A DNA stretch of 64,000 bases from Pseudomonadota bacterium (GCA_021787435.1 JAJYLY010000008.1:6319-70318); one strand, 5' to 3'; counted from the first letter of the stretch, positions 17,649-26,821 are shown. The notes: a model not told the origin generated them from the sequence alone. Numbers and translations: made by a program.

Positions 17649-18632
17649 TTAACAATTAAACTCAAACCTTTGGGTGCCGTACTTGCCGGCAAATTCTGCT
17701 GCACTGACCTCGCGACCATCCAGTTCAAAGCGCACGATCTCAAGCGTGCCTTGACCGCAGATTGCGTAGGCCCGCCCACCTTCAACATAGAAAGCGGGCT
17801 TCCCAGTCGCAGTGCCTTTTGCCAGAAGCGTCTGCAATATCCGCATCGGCATATTCATCAGTCGCGTCATCGCACCCGGATAAGGGGGGGCTACAGCACG
17901 CACCAGATTGTGTATATCTCTTGCGGATTGCTGCCAGTCGATCACACCATCCTCAGCGCGACGTCCGCCAAAATAAGCACCCAGACTCAAATCCTGTTTC
18001 ACTCTGGGCGCACAACCCGCCAGCAGTTCAGGTAGGATCTGATTCAACGCCATCTCGGCCGCCACGGTCACTTTCTGAAACACCTGTAGCGCATTATCAT
18101 CGGGCAATATCGGCACGGCCTGTTGTGCAACGATGTCGCCGTTATCCGGTTTCTCGGTCATGTAATGCAAGGTCGCGCCCGTTTCAGTCTCACCACGGAT
18201 TATCGCCCAATTTACCGGCACACGGCCACGATATTTTGGCAGCAATGATCCGTGCATATTCAACGCGCCTGCTTTGGGAATAGCCAGCAGCGGCGCTTTG
18301 AGCATCTCTCGATAATAAAATGAAAAGAAAAAATCCGGGCGCAAAGCGGCGATCTTCTCAACCACCTCAGGCACATTCGGGTTAACCGGCGTGATCACTT
18401 CAATATTATGCAACGCCGCCAGATCGGCAACACTCTCAAACCAGATATTTTCATTCTGATTGTCGCGGTGGGTGACAACGAGTCTCACATCCACCCCGTG
18501 CGCAAGCAGCACGGAAAGACAGCGCACCCCCACGTTGTGGTAGGCAAAGACAACGGCTGATACACAAGGATTGAGGTTTGAGGTTTGCGAAAATCCCTTT
18601 AGCTCGTATGCTGACTCCAATTCGCCCCTCAC
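17649..18632 (-). CDS. arnA: UDP-L-Ara4N formyltransferase (ArnA N-terminal-domain homolog, separate gene)
   Basis: AVVFAYHNVGVRCLSVLLAHGVDVRLVVTHRDN parallels the E. coli ArnA N-terminus, with an HxSLLPxxRG-type motif (MHGSLLPKYRG). The only in-frame starts are GTG 18632 (GTGA overlap with the arnC stop) or TTG 18620, so about 25 N-terminal codons translate repeat copy B. Confidence 0.85.
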   Translation of the reverse strand: MRGELESAYELKGFSQTSNLNPCVSAVVFAYHNVGVRCLSVLLAHGVDVRLVVTHRDNQNENIWFESVADLAALHNIEVITPVNPNVPEVVEKIAALRPDFFFSFYYREMLKAPLLAIPKAGALNMHGSLLPKYRGRVPVNWAIIRGETETGATLHYMTEKPDNGDIVAQQAVPILPDDNALQVFQKVTVAAEMALNQILPELLAGCAPRVKQDLSLGAYFGGRRAEDGVIDWQQSARDIHNLVRAVAPPYPGAMTRLMNMPMRILQTLLAKGTATGKPAFYVEGGRAYAICGQGTLEIVRFELDGREVSAAEFAGKYGTQRFEFNC

Positions 18633-18658
18633 TCCTCGATCCTCAATCCTGAATCCTG
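18567..18658. repeat. imperfect palindromic intercistronic element, copy B (arnC / formyltransferase junction)
   Basis: + strand arms GGATTGAGGTTTGAGG (18569-18584) and CCTCGATCCTCAATCC(TGAATCCTG) (18634-18658). The left arm is followed by TTTGCGAAAATC, as in copy A. Confidence 0.7.
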
Positions 18659-19588
18659 TTTTTCCAACACGGCTTCAACCAGATAGCGCGGCCTGTGACG
18701 CACCTGCTGATAGATGCGCCCGACATATTCACCCAGCAGACCGATGCCAAAAAGCGTGATGCCGATCAGGAAAAAAGCAATCGCGAACAGTGTGAACAAA
18801 CCTTCCGCTTCAGGACCGATGATGAGCCGGCGCACCAACAGGAATACCACGAAGAACGCGGACAGCACCGAAATCGCGATGCCCAGCATCGAAAACATCT
18901 GCAGCGGCACAACGGAAAAACCTGTCATCAGATCAAAATTGAGGCGGATCAGGCTGTACAGCGAATACTTAGACTCGCCGGCGGCGCGCTCCTCGTGGCC
19001 CACGACCACTTCTGCGGGATTGCGCGCAAAGCTATAGGCCAAGGCCGGAATGAAGGTATTCACTTCCTTGCAGCTGTTGATAGCATCGATGATCCCTCTA
19101 TCATAGGCGCGCAGCATGCAACCCTGGTCAGTAATCTTGATGCGCGTGATGCGCTCGCGCAGACTGTTCATCGCGCGCGATGCGACATGCCGCCACCAGC
19201 TGTCATTACGCTGCCTGCGGATCGAACCGACATAGTCATAGCCCTCGTCCATCTTGGCCAGCAGATTACCAATGTCCTCAGGAGGATTTTGCAAATCCGC
19301 ATCCAGCGTCACCATGCGTTGCCCGAGTGCATGCTCGAATCCGGCCATGATGGCCATGTGCTGACCAAAGTTGCCCTTGAACAGAATCACCCGTGTCACA
19401 TCAGGACGTTTCTGGAACTGTTCGCGCAGGATCGCGGCAGAACGATCACGGCTGCCATCGTTGATGAACAGAATTTCATACGTGGTCCCGAGCTTATCGA
19501 GAGCCGGATACAATCGGCCGAACAGGGCTTCCAAGCCTTCTTCCTCGTTATAGACGGGGATGATCACGGATAATTGCAAGGTATTCAT
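18629..19588 (-). CDS. arnC: undecaprenyl-phosphate 4-deoxy-4-formamido-L-arabinose transferase (GT2)
   Basis: LSVIIPVYNEEEGLEALFGRL...FINDGSRDRS GT2 signature and two C-terminal TM helices. Start taken at ATG 19588. Confidence 0.85.
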   Translation of the reverse strand: MNTLQLSVIIPVYNEEEGLEALFGRLYPALDKLGTTYEILFINDGSRDRSAAILREQFQKRPDVTRVILFKGNFGQHMAIMAGFEHALGQRMVTLDADLQNPPEDIGNLLAKMDEGYDYVGSIRRQRNDSWWRHVASRAMNSLRERITRIKITDQGCMLRAYDRGIIDAINSCKEVNTFIPALAYSFARNPAEVVVGHEERAAGESKYSLYSLIRLNFDLMTGFSVVPLQMFSMLGIAISVLSAFFVVFLLVRRLIIGPEAEGLFTLFAIAFFLIGITLFGIGLLGEYVGRIYQQVRHRPRYLVEAVLEKQDSGLRIEE

Positions 19589-19895
19589 GGGGCGGCATTC
19601 TACCGCATGGAGCAAGGTTAGCGAAATCTGCTTCAAACAACACCGTTTACTCAGTGATTAATTTTTTTTCATGTTAGTCGACGCTGCCATTGCTTCAGTA
19701 CAATCTCACGAGTCCGGTGACCCTCTTTAAATTCCTGACTGACCTGTTGCAGCAGATCTGTTGTTCAACCCAGGACGCCGGGTTTGGCTCAATATACCCG
19801 GCATGCCTTCCTTCTTCTTCTGGCATGATGCAGTCTGAGGAGAATGCCTTGTTACTTGTTTCTGCCATGACCACCGCATGATCCGGGAATAAAAC

Positions 19896-21143
19896 ATGCG
19901 CAACATTCATAAGCTCGTCGTCACGCGCCTGATCATTGGATGGATTTTACTGTCCGTGATGCTGGGTGGGATCGTCTATTACATCGAGCTGCAAAAAGTT
20001 GGGAAATTTGTTTTTGATCTTGCAACGGTGGAATCCCGCTTGTTTACCGGCACTGTCGATCGCAACAGCGCCCGCCGGAAAGATGAGCTAACAAAGCGGG
20101 CTGACGAATTTCTCAAGCAGCATTTCGTCGTTATCGAGCTTTATGATACAAACAAGCACCAGATCCTTCACGCAGAAAGACCGGGCGATGAAACGATTGA
20201 AAATAAACTGAATCAGTTACTGGACGCATTCCCGCTGGGAGATGCAATGCGCTACAAACAGTTCCTGATTGAGAGAAACTCATTTCTGCAGGTGATGTTG
20301 CCGCTGCGGGATGCCAGAGGAGAGCTGATAGGTTATTTCAAAGGCGTCTACCAGGTGGATGCCAAAACCCTGCACAATATCGAAATCGATATTTCTGGCA
20401 CATTGCTGCTGGTCGTCGTGGTGATCCTCATTACAACCATCATGCTCTACCCTATCATCATTTCCCTCAATAAAGGCCTGGTAAAGCTCTCGTCCGACCT
20501 TTTGAGCGGCAATATCGAACTGATGGATGTGCTGGGCAGCGCCATTGCAAAACGGGATTCCGATACCAACAGTCATAATTACCGGGTCACCATTTATGCG
20601 ATTCGTTTCGCCGAATTGCTAAATCTTTCCAGCACGGAAATCCGCAAACTGATCGCAGGCGCATTTTTGCATGACGTGGGCAAGATAGGTATCAGGGACA
20701 ATATATTGCTCAAACCTGTCAGCCTGACTGACGATGAGTTTGCGGTCATGCGCACCCATGTGCTGCTCGGTGCCGACATCATCAGCAGATCGAAATGGTT
20801 GACGGGTGCAAGAGAAGTGGTGGAATTTCATCATGAGAAATTTGACGGCAGCGGATACATGAAAGGGCTTGCCGGAAATGCAATCCCGTTAAACGCGCGC
20901 ATATTTACAATCGTCGACGTGTTCGATGCACTCACATCGAAACGTCCATACAAAGAACCGTTCGGATTCGAAAAAGCCATGGAACTCATGATGCCGGATA
21001 GTGGAAAGCGTTTCGATCCCGAGTTGCTACGCATATTTAATGAGAAAGCACGTGTGCTTTATCAAGAAATATCTCACGCTCCCGATGATGCTCTGGAGTC
21101 CATAATGAACACTTTGATCAGACAACATTTTTTTCGGAACTGA
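19896..21143 (+). CDS. membrane-anchored HD-GYP-family c-di-GMP phosphodiesterase (GYM variant)
   Basis: Two TM segments flank a ~140-aa periplasmic region. HD motif FLHDVGKIG, then HHEKFDGSGYMKGL. Confidence 0.85.
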   Translation: MRNIHKLVVTRLIIGWILLSVMLGGIVYYIELQKVGKFVFDLATVESRLFTGTVDRNSARRKDELTKRADEFLKQHFVVIELYDTNKHQILHAERPGDETIENKLNQLLDAFPLGDAMRYKQFLIERNSFLQVMLPLRDARGELIGYFKGVYQVDAKTLHNIEIDISGTLLLVVVVILITTIMLYPIIISLNKGLVKLSSDLLSGNIELMDVLGSAIAKRDSDTNSHNYRVTIYAIRFAELLNLSSTEIRKLIAGAFLHDVGKIGIRDNILLKPVSLTDDEFAVMRTHVLLGADIISRSKWLTGAREVVEFHHEKFDGSGYMKGLAGNAIPLNARIFTIVDVFDALTSKRPYKEPFGFEKAMELMMPDSGKRFDPELLRIFNEKARVLYQEISHAPDDALESIMNTLIRQHFFRN

Positions 21144-21151
21144 ATGGAAAC

Positions 21152-22534
21152 ATGCCCGAAAATCCTACGTTTTGGGATACCATGATTAAAAACTGCGACA
21201 AAATGACAGACAACACACCAGAAAAAAACGAATCAGATCTGCCAGCGCCCTATGGACGCAATATGCAGCTGTTGCGAATGCTGGGTCTGGCAATTGTGGT
21301 CGGCATACTGGGCGCATTGGCAGTACTGGCGTTTCATCAGTTGCTGCTTGTGCTTGAATCCACAATCTATGGGTTAAACCAGGGCTTGGTGGCCGATGCT
21401 GCGCATCTGCCACCTGAAATCCGCGTCATCACTCCTGCCGCTGGCGGGCTTGTTGCCGGAATAATGCTACAGTATTTTCTCAGGCGCAAGGAAACCGGCG
21501 CAGATTATATGGAAGCCATCTCCGCAGGCAGTGAAATTCCTTTGCGCTCTTCTCTGCTGAAATCGGCAGCATCCGCCGCCACGGTGGTCTCGGGCGGCTC
21601 GATAGGGCGAGAAGGCTCCATGGTGCAGCTTGCAGCTTTGTCGGGAAACATGCTGGGGAAAATTCTAAGAGTATCTCCTGTCGAACAGCGTTTTGCAGTG
21701 GCCTGTGGCGCGGCAGCAGGGCTTGCAGGCGCTTACAACACGCCGATTGCAGGTGCTCTGTTTGTCGCTGAAATCGTACTGGGCGGCATCAGCGTAGGCA
21801 GTTTCGGCCCCCTTCTGCTTGCAGCGGCCATTGCCGACTCTGTGGTGCGACATGTCAGTCGCGTCGGGCCCATTTTTTCAGCAACACCTGGCAATCTGCA
21901 AAGCCTGCCGGAGCTCTTGCTGGTTGTTGCTACGGGGATTGTGGCAGGATTACTGGGTCCGTTGTTTATCGCCTCATTGAATTACGCACACCGGAAGCTG
22001 TCTGAATTACGCCTTCCTCTATGGATCAAAATGATGCTCGCAGGGCTAGCTGTCGGCGGACTTTCCGTAATCAGTCCCGAAGTCTGGGGCAATGGCTACT
22101 CGGTGGTAAACTCATTGCTGCACGAAACCTGGATATGGCAAAGCGTGCTGCTCATTCTAGTGCTCAAGGTCATCGCCACTGTGTTGACATCAGGGTCAGG
22201 CGCGGTCGGCGGCGTATTCACGCCAACCTTGTTTGTCGGAGCTGCATTGGGTACGCTGGCAGGGAGCGCGGTGCATACCATATTGCCTGATGCATCGATG
22301 ACAGCGTATACGCTAGTCGGCATGAGCGCCTTCCTTGCTGCAGTCACCCACGCACCGCTCACCGCTGTGGTGATGATCAGCGAGATGACCGCCGGGTACG
22401 ACCTCGTTCCCGCGCTGGCACTGGCAAGCTTGGCCGGTTACTATGTATCATCGGTGCTGCATCCAGGGTCAATTTACGCTCGCTCTATCCCTCAAACCCA
22501 TCCCACACAGACGCTGCCATCCACCTATCTGTGA
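21152..22534 (+). CDS. ClC-family chloride channel / H+-Cl- antiporter
   Basis: Selectivity motifs GSIGREGSMVQL and GGVFTPTLFVGAALG. Multi-TM throughout. The exact start is uncertain. Confidence 0.85.
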   Translation: MPENPTFWDTMIKNCDKMTDNTPEKNESDLPAPYGRNMQLLRMLGLAIVVGILGALAVLAFHQLLLVLESTIYGLNQGLVADAAHLPPEIRVITPAAGGLVAGIMLQYFLRRKETGADYMEAISAGSEIPLRSSLLKSAASAATVVSGGSIGREGSMVQLAALSGNMLGKILRVSPVEQRFAVACGAAAGLAGAYNTPIAGALFVAEIVLGGISVGSFGPLLLAAAIADSVVRHVSRVGPIFSATPGNLQSLPELLLVVATGIVAGLLGPLFIASLNYAHRKLSELRLPLWIKMMLAGLAVGGLSVISPEVWGNGYSVVNSLLHETWIWQSVLLILVLKVIATVLTSGSGAVGGVFTPTLFVGAALGTLAGSAVHTILPDASMTAYTLVGMSAFLAAVTHAPLTAVVMISEMTAGYDLVPALALASLAGYYVSSVLHPGSIYARSIPQTHPTQTLPSTYL

Positions 22535-22553
22535 AATCCTTGCATATGCCGTG

Positions 22554-23678
22554 CTAACCCAGCACATCGACCAACGCACTGCACACCCGCTCGACATCCT
22601 TCTCGTTCATAGCATAAAACATCGGCAAGGAGACGATTTGTTTCCCGACCTGTTCTGCGATCGGGAACATGCCATCACTAAATCCCCGCTCGCGATACAA
22701 CTTGAAAAGATGGATGGGCGCATAGTGAAAACCGATGCCAATATTGTGTTTTTCCTTCATCTTTTCCATGAACTGTGGGCGCGCAATGCGTCCCGGTAGC
22801 ACGATCTGGAACAGGTGCCAGTTGGTGTTCTCGTAATCTTCAGGGGGCAGCCTGGCGCCTGTCCTCGCCTCAAAATCATTACCCAGTAGATTGAAATAGT
22901 GTTGTGCCAGCTTGCGTCTGTGCGTTGTGATCGCATCCAGTTTCGCAAATTGTCCCAGGCCGATCGCGGCTGCAATATCGGTCATGTTGTATTTTCCGCC
23001 CAGCACATCCACCTCGATGCCGTCCCAACCGCTGCGCACCACACCTTGCAGACGGTATTTTTCCGCAAGCAGCGCCTCTGCCTCGTTATTCATAACAAGA
23101 CAGCCGCCTTCTGAGGTGGTGATGTTCTTGTTAGCCTGAAAACTGAACGAGACAAAGTCACCAAATGATCCTATGGGTTTACCTTGCCACGATGATCCTA
23201 TCGCCTGTGCGGCATCTTCGATCACACGCAGTTTATGCTTTGCTGCGATTGCATATAGCCTGTCCATGTCCAGCGGCTTGCCTGCAAGAAGCACAGGAAT
23301 AACAGCTTTCGTACGCACTGTAATCGCTGCCTCAAGCTTGGCAAGATCGATGTTGCGCGTTAAAGGGTCAATGTCGGCAAACACCGGAGTCGCCCCCACT
23401 TCGAGGATCACGTTGGCGGTGGCCACCCATGAAACGGGGGTTGTGATCACCTCGTCACCAGGCCCGATGCCCGCAATGCGCAATGCGATCTCCATCGTAC
23501 AGGTACCGGAATTGAAAGTGCGCACGGGGCGCCCGCCAAAGTATGCGGAAAGCCTATTTTCAAATTCAAGCACCTTGGGACCGTTGGTAATCCAGCCAGA
23601 ACGCAATGTGTCTACCACCGACGAGATGGTCGCCTCGTCTATGGTAGGTCTGGAAAAGGGTAAAAAAGTATTATTCAT
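22554..23678 (-). CDS. arnB: UDP-4-amino-4-deoxy-L-arabinose--oxoglutarate aminotransferase
   Basis: MNNTFLPFSRPTIDEATISSVVDTLRSGWITNGPK parallels E. coli ArnB. DegT/DnrJ/EryC1 fold with a SFQANKNIT lysine motif. ATG 23678 is preferred over GTG 23705. Confidence 0.85.
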   Translation of the reverse strand: MNNTFLPFSRPTIDEATISSVVDTLRSGWITNGPKVLEFENRLSAYFGGRPVRTFNSGTCTMEIALRIAGIGPGDEVITTPVSWVATANVILEVGATPVFADIDPLTRNIDLAKLEAAITVRTKAVIPVLLAGKPLDMDRLYAIAAKHKLRVIEDAAQAIGSSWQGKPIGSFGDFVSFSFQANKNITTSEGGCLVMNNEAEALLAEKYRLQGVVRSGWDGIEVDVLGGKYNMTDIAAAIGLGQFAKLDAITTHRRKLAQHYFNLLGNDFEARTGARLPPEDYENTNWHLFQIVLPGRIARPQFMEKMKEKHNIGIGFHYAPIHLFKLYRERGFSDGMFPIAEQVGKQIVSLPMFYAMNEKDVERVCSALVDVLG

Positions 23679-23679
23679 T

Positions 23680-24051
23680 TTATGCTCGCGAAATAATGAC
23701 GACACCCAGGATGATTATTGCCATGCCGATGAGCTTGGTCGGATTGAATGCCTCCCCCAGAAAATACCATGCCGCCAGCGCATTGACCACATAGGCCATG
23801 GACAGCATCGGAAACGCGATGCTCACCGGCACGCGCGACAACGCAAGTATCCACACTACCACGCTGATTCCATAGCAGACCAGGGCTGCGATGATGTGCC
23901 ACTCGGTCCCAAGCTTAAGTCCAATCGGCAGGATATTCTGCATGCTGAATTCAAAATGCCCGATGGCATTGGTGCCGGCCTTCATTAATATCTGCGCGGT
24001 CGCGTTGAGCATCACCCCGGTAAATATCAGCGCGAAGCTGACCAAATTCAT
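23680..24051 (-). CDS. ArnE/ArnF-like small EamA/SMR-type membrane protein (putative L-Ara4N-undecaprenyl phosphate flippase subunit)
   Basis: 123 aa with 4 predicted TM helices. It sits between arnT and arnB with overlapping or abutting stops and starts. Only one such gene is present. Confidence 0.6.
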   Translation of the reverse strand: MNLVSFALIFTGVMLNATAQILMKAGTNAIGHFEFSMQNILPIGLKLGTEWHIIAALVCYGISVVVWILALSRVPVSIAFPMLSMAYVVNALAAWYFLGEAFNPTKLIGMAIIILGVVIISRA

Positions 24052-25700
24052 GGCTTTTCCACCACGATATGCTGCCTGTCCTGAAAAATAATTTTCATCT
24101 TCAGCCCCATTCTTTGAAGTATCGGATAAACCTGGACCTGCATGATCGCCAGTGCCTTAGGTTGATCTGCCCATACCTTGGCAAAATCTGCCAGCGTTGG
24201 CACCCAGCGCCATGGCTCTTGTTCGATGCCAAACTTCATCTCGTCCTGATACTGCACCAGTGTGAAGGTGCGTTTGAGATAAAACGGCAGGGTCTGCTCG
24301 TAAGTCAGCACGGAATAAAAAGGAATATCCGGTTTCACATCGGCACGTATCGCCTCAGCAATATGTTTCGCAGATCGCTCGCGAGCCACGGTATTGTAAC
24401 CTGACACACCGAGCTGCGCGGCAAGCAGGCTTGCCAGCGAAATGATCAGCGCAGCAGGGAATTTATTTTCCTTCCACAACAGTCGCATGCCGACCAGCAA
24501 TCCCGTTAACAAAATCAGTGAGGCAGAAACCAGCCAGACGGCGTAATGCGGATACAACTCCATCTGGTTAGGCGTGTCGGCAAATCTGCCGACATTGGCA
24601 GACACACCGAGCAACAGCAGGGCAACGGGTATCACCGCGGCAACATACCAGAACAAAAGTCGTTCGCGGATTTCGACCAGACGGCGCCCCATCAGCAGGG
24701 CCAGCGCGGGAAACATCGGCAACAGATAGGATGGTAGCTTGGAGTCAGAAATGGAAAAAAACACGTATATAAAAACCGCCCAGATCAATAAAAACAAAGT
24801 GGCATGGAACGGTTTAGTGTCTGTCCTGGATGCAGTGGGTTTACCGATATGGAACAAAGAGTCGAACAATAGCAGAGTCCATGGCAAGGCGCCTGACAAC
24901 AGGATGGGGACGAAATAATACCAGGGCTGATAGCGCCCCAATTCTTTCGTCATGAAACGCGTGTAATGCTCATAGATGAAAAAGCGCTGAAAGAATTCGG
25001 GGTTGGCTTTGATGACAAGATAAAACCAGGGCACCGTGATCAGCAGAAACAAGCAAAAGCCGGCCAGCCAATGCATGCGTTTTAACACTGAGAAATCGCG
25101 CCTCACCGCGCAATAAATAAACACTGCGGTGCCAGGCAGAACAATGCCCATCAGCCCCTTAGACAGCACTGCCAGCCCCATGCCGGCCCAAGCCAGCATC
25201 ATCCAGTTCCGACCTGCCTGCCGGGTGGTGCCATGTTGCGCGAGCAAAAAAGAAAACACGCCTAGCGTGATAAAGAATGTCACCCCCATATCCAGCGTAT
25301 TGATATGGCCCATCATTGCATACAGCATGCTGCTGCCAAGCAGCATCGCGGCATAGTTTGCCTCGTCCCGGCCAAACAGCCGCAATCCGGTGAACCACAC
25401 CAGCAGCAACCCCGCAAATCCGGTCAGCCCGGTCCAAAGGCGCGCAGTCCACTGATGCTCGCCAAAAACTTCGTAAGCCGTTGCAGTAGCCCAGTATTGC
25501 AGCGGCGGCTTCTCGAAATACTTGAGACCATTCAGGCGCGGCGTGACCCAATCGCCACTAGCCAGCATTTCACGGGGAATTTCCGCATAGCGGCCTTCAT
25601 CCGGTTTAATCAGCGTGCGGTATTCTAGATTGGAAAACCAGATCAGCGCGACTGTCACCAGCAACCACCAGAGTTGCCTGTCAGAGATTCGATTCGTCAT
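24048..25700 (-). CDS. arnT: 4-amino-4-deoxy-L-arabinose lipid A transferase (GT39/GT83-type)
   Basis: N-terminal KPDEGRYAEIPREMLASGDWVTPRLNGLKYFEKPPLQYW signature, about 12 TM helices, and a soluble C-terminal domain. Confidence 0.85.
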   Translation of the reverse strand: MTNRISDRQLWWLLVTVALIWFSNLEYRTLIKPDEGRYAEIPREMLASGDWVTPRLNGLKYFEKPPLQYWATATAYEVFGEHQWTARLWTGLTGFAGLLLVWFTGLRLFGRDEANYAAMLLGSSMLYAMMGHINTLDMGVTFFITLGVFSFLLAQHGTTRQAGRNWMMLAWAGMGLAVLSKGLMGIVLPGTAVFIYCAVRRDFSVLKRMHWLAGFCLFLLITVPWFYLVIKANPEFFQRFFIYEHYTRFMTKELGRYQPWYYFVPILLSGALPWTLLLFDSLFHIGKPTASRTDTKPFHATLFLLIWAVFIYVFFSISDSKLPSYLLPMFPALALLMGRRLVEIRERLLFWYVAAVIPVALLLLGVSANVGRFADTPNQMELYPHYAVWLVSASLILLTGLLVGMRLLWKENKFPAALIISLASLLAAQLGVSGYNTVARERSAKHIAEAIRADVKPDIPFYSVLTYEQTLPFYLKRTFTLVQYQDEMKFGIEQEPWRWVPTLADFAKVWADQPKALAIMQVQVYPILQRMGLKMKIIFQDRQHIVVEKP

Positions 25701-25814
25701 GAGGTGAAAACGGAAAGATCAAAGCGGCAAGATTTCATGATTTCGGGCCAATGCCAAAAGCGGGGATGCGAATTCTAACGCGCGTCATAGCAAAGATTCA
25801 ACTTTCCATCCCAA

Positions 25815-26815
25815 CTAATTGCATACAGACCTAATCTGCAGAATATCGGTTTACCCCTTCAACACCAGTTCTATGCCCTACTGTTTCAGGATGTGCATGC
25901 TATGGTTAAGCGCTTCGGTCTGCAATGCCTCGACATACCCCTGATGCTGAACCAGCCTCTTGATCGCCTGAGTGGCCCCCAGAAATTCATACAATCCAAT
26001 TCTTCCCCTGTATCCGGTACCGCCACACTCGCGGCATCCTTTGGCGGAATAGAGCGTGTATGTCTATTGCTCATTGAAATAGGATTGTTTCCACTGCCGC
26101 AATACCACGTTGGAATTAACCCATGCAATACTCTTCGGCCAGCGCAGTCATTTCATCGTTTGCGGTTGCATAGGCTTGCTTGCAGACATCACAGTAGCGA
26201 CGCGCCAGACGTTGCGCCAGTATGCCCAACAGCGCATCTGAAAAATTAAACGAATCCATGCCCAGATCCAGCAGGCGCACCATGCTCTCGGCCGCACTGT
26301 TGGTGTGCAAGGTCAAAAACACCATGTGGCTGGCCAGATATGCCTATATGGCAATCTTCGCCGTGTCAGCATCGCGTATCTCGCCCACCATGATCACATC
26401 AGAATCGGCGCGCAAAAAGTTGCGCATGGCCACCGCAAAGGTCCAGCCTATGTTCGAATTAACCTGGACTTGACGCAACCCATCCTGAGTGATTTCGGTA
26501 GGATCCTCGGCTGTCCATATCTTGCGATCTGGCGAATTGATGAAACCCAGCACGGATGCCAGGCCATACGGTTTTTTCACCAGCTCCTTGATTCTTGCAA
26601 GCACATGAGACGGCCGCCCTAGCTTTTCCAGAGGAATGGATTTGGCCCCAGCCATCACGCACATCACCACATATTCCGGATCATTGGCAGTCGAAATCGT
26701 CGCCACGCGAAACTTGACTTTCAGTTCCTGACTTAGCTTGAGCGCTATCTTTCCATCCTAAGGCCTGCGCTTCTCGGAAATATCCAGTTTCCCCAACTAT
26801 CTACCAATTCTGCTC
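25815..26815 (-). pseudogene. GspE/PilB-family secretion/pilus ATPase relic (N-terminus missing, P-loop deleted, multiple stops, one frameshift)
   Basis: The minus strand reads LDISEKRRP*DGKIALKL..RVATISTANDPEYVV..LEKLG..KKPYGL[Walker A absent]ASVLGFINSPDRKIWTAEDPTE..DVIMVGEIRDADTAKIAI*A..HMVFLTLHTNSAAES..ILAQRLARRYCDVCK..[frameshift]..GCRECGGTGYRGRIGLYEFL..LKQ*G..LKG*T. Stops are at 26799-97, 26760-58, 26346-44, 26118-16, 26066-64, 25880-78 and 25853-51. Confidence 0.75.
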
Positions 26816-26821
26816 TGCGAG

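Noticed and set aside
16598-17788. N-terminal extensions of several track ORFs: 16598..17788, 10208.., 8745..9956, 58974.., 38764.., 39604.., 54417..54692 and 55856..56134.
   Set aside because: Conserved N-termini, SD sequences and neighbour-gene boundaries support internal ATG starts. The extensions overlap upstream genes or translate intergenic sequence.
23173-23988. 271-aa plus-strand ORF opposite arnB and the arnE/F-like gene. Similar long antisense ORFs occur at 18695..19573, 15680..16315, 38767..39423, 40831..41487, 35001..35648, 55229..55837, 57102..57713 and 45772..46317.
   Set aside because: They lie entirely antisense to genes with strong family motifs, have Arg/Ala/His-rich low-complexity translations and no recognisable motifs. 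They are typical shadow ORFs of GC-biased codon usage.
26116-26706. Track ORFs 26344..26706 and 26116..26325 (and 25886..26128) as separate small genes.
   Set aside because: They are consecutive pieces of one GspE/PilB-type ATPase interrupted by stops and a frameshift. They are annotated together as a pseudogene.
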